In this document: positions 1 through 8,933 of the stretch, one piece after another | Layout of the letters: the number at the start of each line of letters is the position of its first letter | How positions within the stretch are numbered: position 1 is the first letter of the stretch | Source: an uncultured Roseivirgaceae bacterium | GTDB taxonomy: Bacteria; Bacteroidota; Bacteroidia; Cytophagales; Cyclobacteriaceae | Reading direction: 5' to 3' | NCBI GenBank assembly: GCA_964537375.1 | Contig: CAZIAG010000001.1 | Coordinates: forward strand, 1 to 33,508 | DNA: 33,508 nt | Position numbers and translations under genes: made by a program | Notes under the pieces: model-generated | What the model saw: the letters and a program-made list of their open reading frames with translations, nothing else | Database searches by the model: none | What the model was told of the DNA's origin: nothing

Positions 1-200
1 TTTGACGTTGTTTCACAACCCGCGGGGCACGAATGCCGTATAACCGGTTGACAGTCCCCCTCCACCGAGTCAAGGAGGCCCAAATTTCAAATCCCAGGGT
101 CTCAGGGCCCAGGGTCTTGTTCATCCTGGCATGGTGATCATTGCGTCTATGTTTGGAGAGCATTCTCTATCGTCGGGGACGCCTTGAGTGAGCAGTAAAC

Positions 201-380
201 ATTTTCGGCACCAATAAAGTCTGCACGACGAGCGGAGTCTGCTCATGCTACCCTTTAGGGCAAGGGTCGAGCGTGAACTCAACGCGGAGAAATTTTCGTC
301 ACCAATAAAGTCGGTACCATGAGCTGGGTCTGCTCGTGCTGCCGTTTAGGGTAAGGGTCGAGAGTAAACTCGATGCGGAG
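201..380. repeat. Two-copy imperfect tandem direct repeat (89-bp units at 201-289 and 292-380, period 91 bp)
   Basis: Ungapped alignment of ATTTTCGGCACCAATAAAGTC...AACGCGGAG with ATTTTCGTCACCAATAAAGTC...GATGCGGAG. I count 15 mismatches in 89 nt by eye. Confidence 0.9.
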
Positions 381-567
381 GCGCAGGGCTTACCGGATTC
401 CGCTGCATCTTGACCTCCGTCACCAAATCCACTTTCTCAACCTGTAATCTGTATTGGCTAATCTTCTGGTTCGGAGAACGACATTCATTTGTCGCGGGGA
501 TCGTTTCGTATGGAACAAAGAGCGGACCATGGCCAACGAGCACGTCTTTCAATCGCAGACGATTTAG

Positions 568-600
568 AGAATGAAGAATACAGAATGCCGAAGTAGAAGT
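568..600. repeat. Short degenerate heptamer run (AGAATGA AGAATAC AGAATGC CGAAGT AGAAGT)
   Basis: Read directly, just downstream of the stop codon of the minus-strand gene at 619. Confidence 0.55.
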
Positions 601-618
601 TTTAGCCAATCCGACACC

Positions 619-1074
619 TCACCCCCTGATCCTCACTTCATCCTTGTAATCCACCGGCACCCGCACGGGAATGCCGCGGTAATTGAGTTTCAGCGATCCC
701 TTGTAATGAACCTCGAACTTCTTCCCGCCGATCATGCCCAGCAGTGCATTTACAAGTCCCAACTCTTTCAGCGCAAGTTTTACCTCAAGGGGCACTGTGA
801 ATTCAGATCTGGCAGGGATCTTTGTTCTTAGTTCCTGGTCGATCGATGCGGCTTTCTTTCCATTCACAAAAACATCGACCTTTATTTCCTTGAGACGGCC
901 ACTCATCCGGTTGGGGTTGTAGAAAAGGGCATTTGCCCGCAACGTGGGTTCAGACGTGGCGTCAACGACGACATCATTGATGCGACGCAATACAATATCC
1001 TCCTTTGGCTTCTGGCAGGCGGTCGGCACCACCAGCACGATGAAAATCAAATACCCAAATCGAAAACCTTTCAT
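619..1074 (-). CDS. LEA_2 / WHy-domain lipoprotein
   Basis: Signal peptide with lipobox-like PTA-C, the hallmark YNPN motif, and a beta-rich pattern (IKVDVFVNGK, FTVPLEV). Confidence 0.8.
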   Translation of the reverse strand: MKGFRFGYLIFIVLVVPTACQKPKEDIVLRRINDVVVDATSEPTLRANALFYNPNRMSGRLKEIKVDVFVNGKKAASIDQELRTKIPARSEFTVPLEVKLALKELGLVNALLGMIGGKKFEVHYKGSLKLNYRGIPVRVPVDYKDEVRIRG

Positions 1075-1122
1075 AGTGATTGCTTCACGGCAATTATAAG
1101 ACTTTTACGATTGACCTTTGTT

Positions 1123-1139
1123 ACCATTGAATCAATGGT
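1123..1139. promoter_or_regulatory. Perfect 8-1-8 palindrome ACCATTGA-A-TCAATGGT, candidate operator
   Basis: Perfect inverted repeat about 50 bp upstream of the LEA_2 start, with no U-tract. Confidence 0.35.
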
Positions 1140-1252
1140 CACTCGCTACGGCAATGTAAGTCCTTTGCCAAACAATTCTCAAGCCAAAACGATCCCAGGC
1201 TTTCTTGATGAACAGTCAAAAACAGGCGGCCATCAAAAAGTGATTTTGCCGA

Positions 1253-3400
1253 CTAGTTGAAAAATACCTCGTCAACCATCAGCCATCCTTTTTCTCCAGG
1301 CATTCCCGTGAACGCTGGGAGGACAGGCAATGGTTTCGCGACCAGTTTATAAACACTATAACGCGAGGGCGGAATTTCAACCGAGGCACCTTCGATCCGG
1401 ACACTTACATAATTGTCTGGTTGTGATGGAATGACTTTCTTCAAGAGAGTCAGTTTGCCTGAGTCATCGCCTCCCCAAATCTCGATGGACGCGGGCGGCA
1501 TGCACAATGCGTAGACGTTGCGCGCATAGCTCAGGGTTACCCGACTTACCAGGGGCGGCTCCACCGTGTCGAAATGAAAGACTGCCTCCAATGGATTTTG
1601 ACGAAATCCCATCCAGCACTTGTCGCGGTAGTAATCAGGCATACCTTTCACGTTGTCGATCAACATTTCGGCGCCGTCACCCGGATACCTTTCGTCGGCG
1701 TTCGTCAGCATCTTCACACGGTCTGGTCGATATCCTTTTCGAAAGAGAACATACTCCTCCGGATGGCTACTCAACCAGCCTTCCTTTACCGACAACGTCT
1801 TCAACACCGTATAATGGTCGATCGTGAACGGTTTCTCAAACTCCGGGCTGCCGAGACTGTCTGGTGCGGTGCCATCTGTTGTAAACCGGATGCTCGTTCC
1901 CGGCAGCCGGTGTCGAAGGTGGATTGTTTCTCCTTCATCGATGAGTTGATCGTCGTTGACGAGGTAGGGTGGACTAAGTCGCAGTACCTCGGATGAATCG
2001 GGTCGGTATCCCCGCTCCCAGGTAATATGCGGATGTGTTTTCTCCAGCGCGACAACGTCATCCTCCGAAACCGGTGTATTCCACACGACGACGCGTGCAA
2101 GAGAACTGTTCGCGGCAACTTTGCTCAACGCATTCGCATCAAGGGCAGTTCCCGCGAGCGATAAAGCACGCAAATTCGGCAAGGTAGCGAGGTGGATCAT
2201 GCTCCCACCGGTAACCGGAGTATAGTTCAGATTCACCTCCTCAAGATTCACAAACTCCCTCAGCACCGACAACGTTGAATCAGCGATCGGCATCCCCGAC
2301 AAATTCAACGACACCACTTGTTCCTTCACAGGAAGCAGTTCACGCAAAAAATCTTGTTTGAAGGAGCCGGGAAGGAAAAAGTCGACCTCCAAAGCGGGCT
2401 CCTCCTGAGCCAGGGGTGCGACGCGACGATAAGGCATGTTGAGTTGGCGGACAACATCCCAGGAAGCGAATTCGAATGTGTAATTGGATTTTTCCGTCGT
2501 ACCCGAGTATCGTGCGATCACGGATCGGACAAGTGTGTTCAGCGAATCATTGCTTTTAATCTCCGCCAGCGTTGTGTTGAAGTCTGCCCCGAAAGTGACC
2601 CACTGTTCGATAAGCAACAGCTCATCCTTTGTAAGCTGAGCCTTTTCCTTTGGAGGCATGTGTTTCTTGTGGTCCAACGGTAAGGCCAGACGCTCCAACA
2701 GCAGGCTTTGCGTCGCTCCGTGTTGCCACAACGGTCCTGTCTTCCCACCTTTCCTGATCCCTTCCATCGACGTGAGGATTAATCTGCCTTTCGCCCGCTC
2801 CGCATTGTGACACCCGGAACACTTCTTCTCAAAAATGGGTGCTATCCCCGCCTCAAAGAGCGTTGCGTTGTCCGTCAGCAAAGGATCGTCGGTACCGGTC
2901 TGCAGGGGCGCCAGCAGGAAATTCTCTCCGTGTGTTATCGTGGCTCCGAAGTGACCCGTCACGACCAGGATTCCGACACCGAACACAACGGTCATCCGGA
3001 GCAGTACAGCGCGTTGGGTCAGGGCGAGCATCATCCAACAGAACAGACTAAGGGCGACTCCACTCCATTTGTGAATCGTCAGCGTGTCACTGGCATATCC
3101 GTCCTCCAGCGAAAGGATCAGCCCGAAAAGTGCCGACACGCCAGCGACGAACGCGGTCAAATGAAGCAGGAGTATTACCGTATCGCGAAACCTGGTGTCC
3201 GAACGAAACGCGGGCATAAACACAAGCAGCGCGACGACGAGCAAGAAGCCAATGGGAAGGTGAAGCAGAAGGGGGTGAGCTCGTCCAACGGTTTGAAGCC
3301 ATGCGGGTACCTCCACCCAGTGCTCAAAAGCCAGGAGGAAAAGCAACAGGGAATGCACCATCACAACCAAATACCCAATCACCTTATTTACTGTTCCCAT
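1253..3400 (-). CDS. Membrane protein: DUF2231-like TM domain + Planctomycete-type cytochrome c + LRR + CHB_HEX_C/FN3-like + discoidin-like C-terminus
   Basis: N-terminal TM helices with HPLLLHLPIG; heme motif CSGCH with distal HMPP; LRR pattern (LNLSGMPIAD, VNLNYTPVT, LSLAGTALD); IRFTTDGTAP. Confidence 0.8.
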   Translation of the reverse strand: MGTVNKVIGYLVVMVHSLLLFLLAFEHWVEVPAWLQTVGRAHPLLLHLPIGFLLVVALLVFMPAFRSDTRFRDTVILLLHLTAFVAGVSALFGLILSLEDGYASDTLTIHKWSGVALSLFCWMMLALTQRAVLLRMTVVFGVGILVVTGHFGATITHGENFLLAPLQTGTDDPLLTDNATLFEAGIAPIFEKKCSGCHNAERAKGRLILTSMEGIRKGGKTGPLWQHGATQSLLLERLALPLDHKKHMPPKEKAQLTKDELLLIEQWVTFGADFNTTLAEIKSNDSLNTLVRSVIARYSGTTEKSNYTFEFASWDVVRQLNMPYRRVAPLAQEEPALEVDFFLPGSFKQDFLRELLPVKEQVVSLNLSGMPIADSTLSVLREFVNLEEVNLNYTPVTGGSMIHLATLPNLRALSLAGTALDANALSKVAANSSLARVVVWNTPVSEDDVVALEKTHPHITWERGYRPDSSEVLRLSPPYLVNDDQLIDEGETIHLRHRLPGTSIRFTTDGTAPDSLGSPEFEKPFTIDHYTVLKTLSVKEGWLSSHPEEYVLFRKGYRPDRVKMLTNADERYPGDGAEMLIDNVKGMPDYYRDKCWMGFRQNPLEAVFHFDTVEPPLVSRVTLSYARNVYALCMPPASIEIWGGDDSGKLTLLKKVIPSQPDNYVSVRIEGASVEIPPSRYSVYKLVAKPLPVLPAFTGMPGEKGWLMVDEVFFN

Positions 3401-3482
3401 CCTGCCTTGATTCAGTAGTTTAGTTAATAATGTCTTGACAAAATAAATTCATTGATGGTTGTCCTGCGGGTGCGCACTTGCA

Positions 3483-4931
3483 TTAAGCAATCACCTCATT
3501 TACGACGCGGCCACCGACATCTGTGAGCCTGTATCGGCGACCGAGATGCCGAAACGTCAACCGCTCATGATCAAGTCCGAGAAGATGCAATATCGTCGCG
3601 TGAAAGTCATTTACATGAACGGGGTTGCTGACAATATTATATCCAAACTCATCCGTTTCTCCGTAGGTCAATCCGGACTTGATGCCTCCTCCGGCCATCC
3701 AAATGGTGAAGCAACGCGGGTGATGGTCGCGTCCGTAATTCTTGTCACCCAAATCGCCCTGGCAATAATTGGTGCGCCCGAACTCACCGCCCCAAATGAC
3801 GAGGGTCTCCTCCAGCAATCCACGCTGTTTGAGATCCATGACCAATGCTGCAGACGCGCGGTCCACATCCTGTGCCTGCAAGGGCATCTCGCCGGTAAGG
3901 TTGCCATGCTGATCCCATCCCTGGTGATAGAGCTGCACAAAACGGACACCCGATTCGGACAACTTTCGGGCGAGCAGGCAGTTGGCGGCATACGTTCCAG
4001 GCACAAGGCATTCGGGTCCATACATCCTGATGATGTGATCAGGTTCTTTGGAGATGTCCGCCAATTCGGGCACGGCAGTCTGCATGCGATAAGCCATTTC
4101 GTACTGACGGACGCGCGCGTGAATCTCCGGATCGCCGAAATCCTCGTAGGCAAACTCATTCAGTTGCGCCAGGTTGTCGAGCATTCGTCGCTGACTCTCC
4201 CTGTCCGTTCCTTCAGGGCCATTCAGGTAAAGCACCGGTTCCTCTCCACTGCTGAATTGAACACCTTGGTGAACGCTGTCGAGAAATCCATTCGTCCAGA
4301 GCTTGGAATACACGCCTTGCCCATTCCCGCGTCCGCGTGAGAGCAGCACACAGAATGCCGGCAGGTTTGAATTCTCGCTTCCGAGCCCGTAACTAAGCCA
4401 CGCGCCCATGCTTGGCCGGTTCCCTTGCTGGGCGCCCGTCTGCATAAACGTCAGTGCGGGGTCGTGATTAATGGCTTCAGTGTGCATCGTCTTAATGAAA
4501 CAAAGTTCGTCGACAATGCCGGCAATGTGAGGGAACAGTTCGCTCACCCAGGCACCGGAGTTTCCATGCTGAGCGAATTTGAAATAGGATCCGACCAATG
4601 GAAAGTTGGTCTGGTTGGAAGTCATTCCCGTAAGTCGTTGACCCATTCTTACTGAAGCGGGGAGTTCCTCACCGTGCATTTTGTTGAGGAGCGGCTTGTA
4701 GTCAAAGCTCTCGAGTTGAGAAGGCGCCCCGTTTTGAAAAAGGTAGATCACGCGCTTTGCCTTCGGTGCAAAATGCGGCAACCCGAAGCTGGTAGTGGCT
4801 TCTTCACGGCTCCCCTGAAAAAGATCCGGTATCAGGAGGGATCCCAGGGCCGCGCTTCCCAGTCCGACACTAAGTTTCCCAAGAAAATGTCTTCGGTTGA
4901 TGTTGAAGCGATGTTCAAGGAACTCTTTCAT
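3483..4931 (-). CDS. DUF1501 family protein (Tat-exported, sulfatase-like)
   Basis: Start reassigned to the ATG at 4931 (MKEFLEHRF). Twin-Arg NRRHFL; motifs KAKRVIYLFQNGAPSQLESFDYKP, GWDQH, WGGEFGRT, GRDHHP. Confidence 0.9.
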   Translation of the reverse strand: MKEFLEHRFNINRRHFLGKLSVGLGSAALGSLLIPDLFQGSREEATTSFGLPHFAPKAKRVIYLFQNGAPSQLESFDYKPLLNKMHGEELPASVRMGQRLTGMTSNQTNFPLVGSYFKFAQHGNSGAWVSELFPHIAGIVDELCFIKTMHTEAINHDPALTFMQTGAQQGNRPSMGAWLSYGLGSENSNLPAFCVLLSRGRGNGQGVYSKLWTNGFLDSVHQGVQFSSGEEPVLYLNGPEGTDRESQRRMLDNLAQLNEFAYEDFGDPEIHARVRQYEMAYRMQTAVPELADISKEPDHIIRMYGPECLVPGTYAANCLLARKLSESGVRFVQLYHQGWDQHGNLTGEMPLQAQDVDRASAALVMDLKQRGLLEETLVIWGGEFGRTNYCQGDLGDKNYGRDHHPRCFTIWMAGGGIKSGLTYGETDEFGYNIVSNPVHVNDFHATILHLLGLDHERLTFRHLGRRYRLTDVGGRVVNEVIA

Positions 4932-4941
4932 AATTGCATTA

Positions 4942-7266
4942 TTAGCGCGAGATGGCTTCGTCTGTATTGTAAAGCGTATGTACGACACGCATAAGCGCCG
5001 CCAGAGAAGCTTTATCGTCAATCTTCTCGTGGGGAAACTCTCCCTGTCGAATCAACGCTTCTGCACTTTCGGGTGCCGCGGTAAACGATGACCTCTCTTC
5101 TTCATAATATTTGAGCATAAGCGCCACTTCCTTTTCATCGGGGTGGCGACAAAGGATACGTCGGAAAGCCATGATTATCCTGTCCTCTGTTTTGGAATCT
5201 TCGAGCATCAGGCGTTCCGCCAAAACACGTGACGCTTCAAGCACCATCGGATCGTTCAACAACACCAGGGCTTGCAGGGGAGTGTTGGTACTCATTCGTC
5301 TTACCTCACACTGGTCACGATTGCTTGCATCAAAAATCAGCATGGAGGGTGGAGGCACGGTTCGCTTGATAAAATTATAGATCCCGCGTCGGTAAAGTTT
5401 ATCACCGTGATCCTGTATGTAGTACGCCAGCACGCCACGACCCGAGGTTGAAGATTCCCATACGCCCTTCGGCTGATAGGGTTTTACGCTTGGGCCGCCG
5501 ATTTCCGGAACCAGCAACCCGCTACTGGCAAGTACCATGTCTTTGATCAGTTCGGGAGGAAGTCGCCGTCGCGGGGCACGGGAGAGGTACCTGTTGTCGG
5601 GATCGATCGATAACTTTTGCCGCGTCACTCTTGCCGACTGGCGATACGTCGATGACATCACGATCTGTTTTACCATGCGTTTGATGTCCCAACCGTGATT
5701 CATAAAGTCGAGAGCAAGCCAGTCGAGCAGCTCCGGATGAGAGGGCAACTCTCCCTGCATGCCGAAGTCGCCAGAGGTTTTCACGAGACCCGTCCCGAAG
5801 AATTCCTGCCAAAGGCGATTGACGAACACCCGTGACGTGAGCGGGTGATCTTTTTGCAACAACCATTCGGCTAGACCCAGGCGATCCTTTCTAAACCGCA
5901 TCGTGTCGAAAGGAAAGACAGACTCAGGCACGCCAAAATCCACCACGTCACCTTTTGCGTCGTAGGCACCGCGAATCAACAAATGCGTAGGCCTCATGAC
6001 CGCGCTGTCTCTCATGATCATTACGGGCACCGGACCTTCTTCTTTTTTGTTGACGAAAGACAAAATGCTTTTGACATCGGCATCCGTGATGATCATGCTG
6101 GGTGGATCGGCCAGGGAAGCCACCTGGATGTCGCCAAACAAACCCTTTTCATTCACCTGGTTGAAGAACGCGAAGGTGCTGAAGTAGTCCTTTTGAGAGA
6201 TCGGATCGTATTTATGGTCGTGGCATTTTGCACATTCGAGTGTCAGGCCGACGAACGCCTTGCCGAACGTATTCGTCCTGTCGGTGACATATTCTATCCG
6301 ATACTCCTCATCGATCACGCCACCTTCCTGTGTGATTTTGTGGTTGCGATTGAAGCCGGTTGCCAGCAGCATTTCCTTGGTGGGCACGGGCAGGAGGTCA
6401 CCGGCCAACTGCCAGGTCAGGAATTTGTCATAGGAATAATTCTCGTTGAATGCGTGAATCACCCAATCGCGCCACGGCCACATCGTGCGATAACCATCAT
6501 CCTGGTATCCATGCGAGTCTGCATACCGAGCTACGTCAAGCCAATGGATGGCCATCTTTTCTCCGTAGTGTGGACTGCCCAGCAGTTCATCGACAATGCG
6601 TTCATATGCGTCCGCTGATTTATCGTTCATGAAGCGCTGCTGCATTTCCAGTGCGGGTGGCAACCCGGTGAGGTCGAGGCACACGCGCCTCAGCAGTTGT
6701 GCTTTATCCGCCTCCTCATTCGGTTCGAGTCCGACTTCTTCCATCCGGGCCAGGATGAAGCGGTCGATATCATTGGATGGCCAGTCATCATCGTCCACGG
6801 AAGGAAGCGGTGCATACCGGGGAGGGATAAAGGCCCAGTGCTGCTTGTAATCCGCCCCTTGTTCAATCCAACGCGTGATCAGCTTAATCTCGTCGTCGTT
6901 CAACGCTAGGTTAGATGACGGTGGTGGCATCAAAACGGACGTGTCGGGACTGGTAATACGTCGGTAAAGCTCGGACGAATGTGGCTTCCCGGGAACGATA
7001 ACGCGAGCGTGTTCATCATCCTGCAACGCCTGGTACAGTCCTTCTTCCGTGTCGAGGCGGAGCCCGGCCTTGCGTTGCGCGGCATCAGGTCCGTGGCATT
7101 TAAAACAGCGGTCGGAAAGTATTGGCCGAATATGAAAGTTGTAGTCGACCGTTTCGGGTATGCTGCTGTGGGCCGTGACTGACCCAGGGCGGCTCGTCCA
7201 GATGAATATTGAAATCAGTATCCCGGACAACACGACGATCGCTACATACCTTCGGGCGGGTGCCAT
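4942..7266 (-). CDS. PSD1/Planctomycete cytochrome c protein (PSCyt1 + DUF1549 + DUF1553)
   Basis: IRPILSDRCFKCHGPD, HWAFIPP, LDLTGLPP, WLDVARYADSHG, LECAKCHDHKYDPI, PSHPELLDWLA, TNTPLQALVLLN. Confidence 0.92.
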   Translation of the reverse strand: MAPARRYVAIVVLSGILISIFIWTSRPGSVTAHSSIPETVDYNFHIRPILSDRCFKCHGPDAAQRKAGLRLDTEEGLYQALQDDEHARVIVPGKPHSSELYRRITSPDTSVLMPPPSSNLALNDDEIKLITRWIEQGADYKQHWAFIPPRYAPLPSVDDDDWPSNDIDRFILARMEEVGLEPNEEADKAQLLRRVCLDLTGLPPALEMQQRFMNDKSADAYERIVDELLGSPHYGEKMAIHWLDVARYADSHGYQDDGYRTMWPWRDWVIHAFNENYSYDKFLTWQLAGDLLPVPTKEMLLATGFNRNHKITQEGGVIDEEYRIEYVTDRTNTFGKAFVGLTLECAKCHDHKYDPISQKDYFSTFAFFNQVNEKGLFGDIQVASLADPPSMIITDADVKSILSFVNKKEEGPVPVMIMRDSAVMRPTHLLIRGAYDAKGDVVDFGVPESVFPFDTMRFRKDRLGLAEWLLQKDHPLTSRVFVNRLWQEFFGTGLVKTSGDFGMQGELPSHPELLDWLALDFMNHGWDIKRMVKQIVMSSTYRQSARVTRQKLSIDPDNRYLSRAPRRRLPPELIKDMVLASSGLLVPEIGGPSVKPYQPKGVWESSTSGRGVLAYYIQDHGDKLYRRGIYNFIKRTVPPPSMLIFDASNRDQCEVRRMSTNTPLQALVLLNDPMVLEASRVLAERLMLEDSKTEDRIIMAFRRILCRHPDEKEVALMLKYYEEERSSFTAAPESAEALIRQGEFPHEKIDDKASLAALMRVVHTLYNTDEAISR

Positions 7267-7454
7267 ATGCTATTGACAAGAAGTGAAAAGTTAAAAATAT
7301 TGTCGTATTAATACTACTTCGTTTCCATTTCTTAAGATCGGTGTTGATTCCGGGGATTGTGCATGATCGTCGGACGGAAGGTCGAAACGCAAGCCGGTTT
7401 GTCGTGTCGCTCCTTCTTTGGCGGAATGGGTTGATCCTTTTCCGATTTTGCGTA

Positions 7455-7462
7455 TTACCTTG
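7455..7462 (+). promoter_or_regulatory. Bacteroidota -7 promoter-like element (TACCTTGC) for the dinB-DLH unit
   Basis: Variant of TAnnTTTG, 8 nt before the ATG at 7471. Confidence 0.4.
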
Positions 7463-7470
7463 CAGCCGTC

Positions 7471-7944
7471 ATGAAAAAGTATTTCCTGAAATTGTACCAA
7501 TACAACGCCTGGGCGAATAGGCGTGTACTCGAGTCACTTGAGCGCCAGGGTGTTTCGGATGAAAAAATTCTTTCCCTGATGGGGCATGTGGTTGCCGCCC
7601 TTATCCTTTGGCTGCACCGCGTCAAGGGCCTTCCCGCACCAAAGGAAATCAGGTTGTGGGGCGAATATTCCCTGGACCAACTGAAATCTTTATCCGAAAA
7701 AGCGACACAGGATTGGCTTGACTTTGTTGAAGGCAATGATAATTTCGATCGCGAGATTTCCTATAAGAACTATTCGGGGGATCCGTTCACGAACAATGTG
7801 GAAATGATTATGGTGCATTTGGTCAATCATTCTTCCTATCACCGCGCGCAGGTGGCGTTGCTCCTTCGTCAGCAAGGGTACGAACCGGTCAATACGGATT
7901 TTATCACCTATGAACGCGTGGTGACGGGACAGCTTAAGGATTAA
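7471..7944 (+). CDS. DinB/YfiT family protein
   Basis: YNAWAN start motif, and His triad in MGHVV and HLVNHSSYHRAQ. Confidence 0.9.
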   Translation: MKKYFLKLYQYNAWANRRVLESLERQGVSDEKILSLMGHVVAALILWLHRVKGLPAPKEIRLWGEYSLDQLKSLSEKATQDWLDFVEGNDNFDREISYKNYSGDPFTNNVEMIMVHLVNHSSYHRAQVALLLRQQGYEPVNTDFITYERVVTGQLKD

Positions 7945-7966
7945 CGCTCACAATAAACCGAAGCAT

Positions 7967-8812
7967 ATGAAACGGATTAGCATTGCAGTTTGTCTACTAG
8001 CCCTCGCCGTCGTTGCGTTCGGCCAGGGCGATATCGCTATTTGTCACACTTCCCCAACGGAAAAATTTGCTGCCTTTGCTTCCCACAGCGACTTTAATGC
8101 CGCACATGCAACGCCGAGACCATACGTGCACGTCTCACAGGAAGGCGGCAAGATGATCACGTTCAAGACACCTGACGGCGCCGAAGGTCGGGGTTATCTC
8201 TTGCAGGCAAAAGAGAAGACGGATAACTGGATCTTCGTTTTCCAGGAATGGTGGGGCCTTAACGATCACATCAAAAGGGAGGCGGAAAAGCTTTACAAGG
8301 ATTTGGGTAACGTGAACGTGCTTGCACTGGACATGTACGACGGCAAAGTCACCGCCGATCGGCAGGAGGCCGCAAGTTATATGCAGCAGTTCAAACAGGA
8401 GCGCGGTAATGCGATCGTGAAAGGAGCCATCGCCTATGCCGGGCCGGAGGCGAAGATCGGAACGATCGGTTGGTGTTTCGGTGGTGGGCAGTCGTTGTTG
8501 GCTTCACTCACTGCGGGTAATCAAGCCATTGCCTGTGTCATGTACTATGGTATGCCCGTTGACGATGTTGAAACGTTGAAAAAGCTGAACACGGATGTGT
8601 TGGGGATTTTCGCCTCGCGTGAAAAATACATAAGCCCGGAAGTAGTGCAAAAGTTTGAGGAGAACATGAAGTCGGCGGGAAAGAAACTCACCGTCAAGAG
8701 CTATGATGCCGAGCATGCCTTCGCGAACCCGAGTAATCCGGTGTACGACAAAGCGGCTACGGAAGATGCGTACAAACACACACTGGCGTTCTTCAGGGAG
8801 AGATTGAAGTAG
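7967..8812 (+). CDS. Dienelactone hydrolase family protein (signal peptide)
   Basis: QEWWGLN, nucleophile GWCFGG, catalytic His in AEHAFANP. Confidence 0.9.
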   Translation: MKRISIAVCLLALAVVAFGQGDIAICHTSPTEKFAAFASHSDFNAAHATPRPYVHVSQEGGKMITFKTPDGAEGRGYLLQAKEKTDNWIFVFQEWWGLNDHIKREAEKLYKDLGNVNVLALDMYDGKVTADRQEAASYMQQFKQERGNAIVKGAIAYAGPEAKIGTIGWCFGGGQSLLASLTAGNQAIACVMYYGMPVDDVETLKKLNTDVLGIFASREKYISPEVVQKFEENMKSAGKKLTVKSYDAEHAFANPSNPVYDKAATEDAYKHTLAFFRERLK

Positions 8813-8933
8813 AGGGGCAAGGGGGTTCCAAGTTTCGGTTCCGGGTTTTGGGTCGGTTCTGTCAGTAATTTCGAAAACAATCAATTTCCTGCTCCTTTGT
8901 TAACCAACAAACCAATGCCTAAGTTGCGTCCGT

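Noticed and set aside
201-380. CRISPR array or group II intron domain V
   Set aside because: Only two units, similar over their whole length with no unique spacers; no cas genes; no convincing domain V consensus.
346-609. 87-aa minus-strand ORF
   Set aside because: No recognisable motif, runs through the heptamer run and the tandem repeat, and its composition looks non-coding.
3459-4340. 293-aa plus-strand ORF
   Set aside because: Antisense shadow of the DUF1501 gene.
4932-5021. N-terminal extensions in the ORF track (also 13678-13752, 16017-16058, 18323-18349, 19011-19100)
   Set aside because: They overlap neighbouring genes, terminators or promoter regions; downstream ATGs give family-typical or signal-peptide N-termini.
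7267-7470. Riboswitch or ncRNA in the divergent spacer (palindrome GTATTAATAC; CGGAA/TTCCG stem)
   Set aside because: No known aptamer consensus is visible; explained adequately as divergent promoters.
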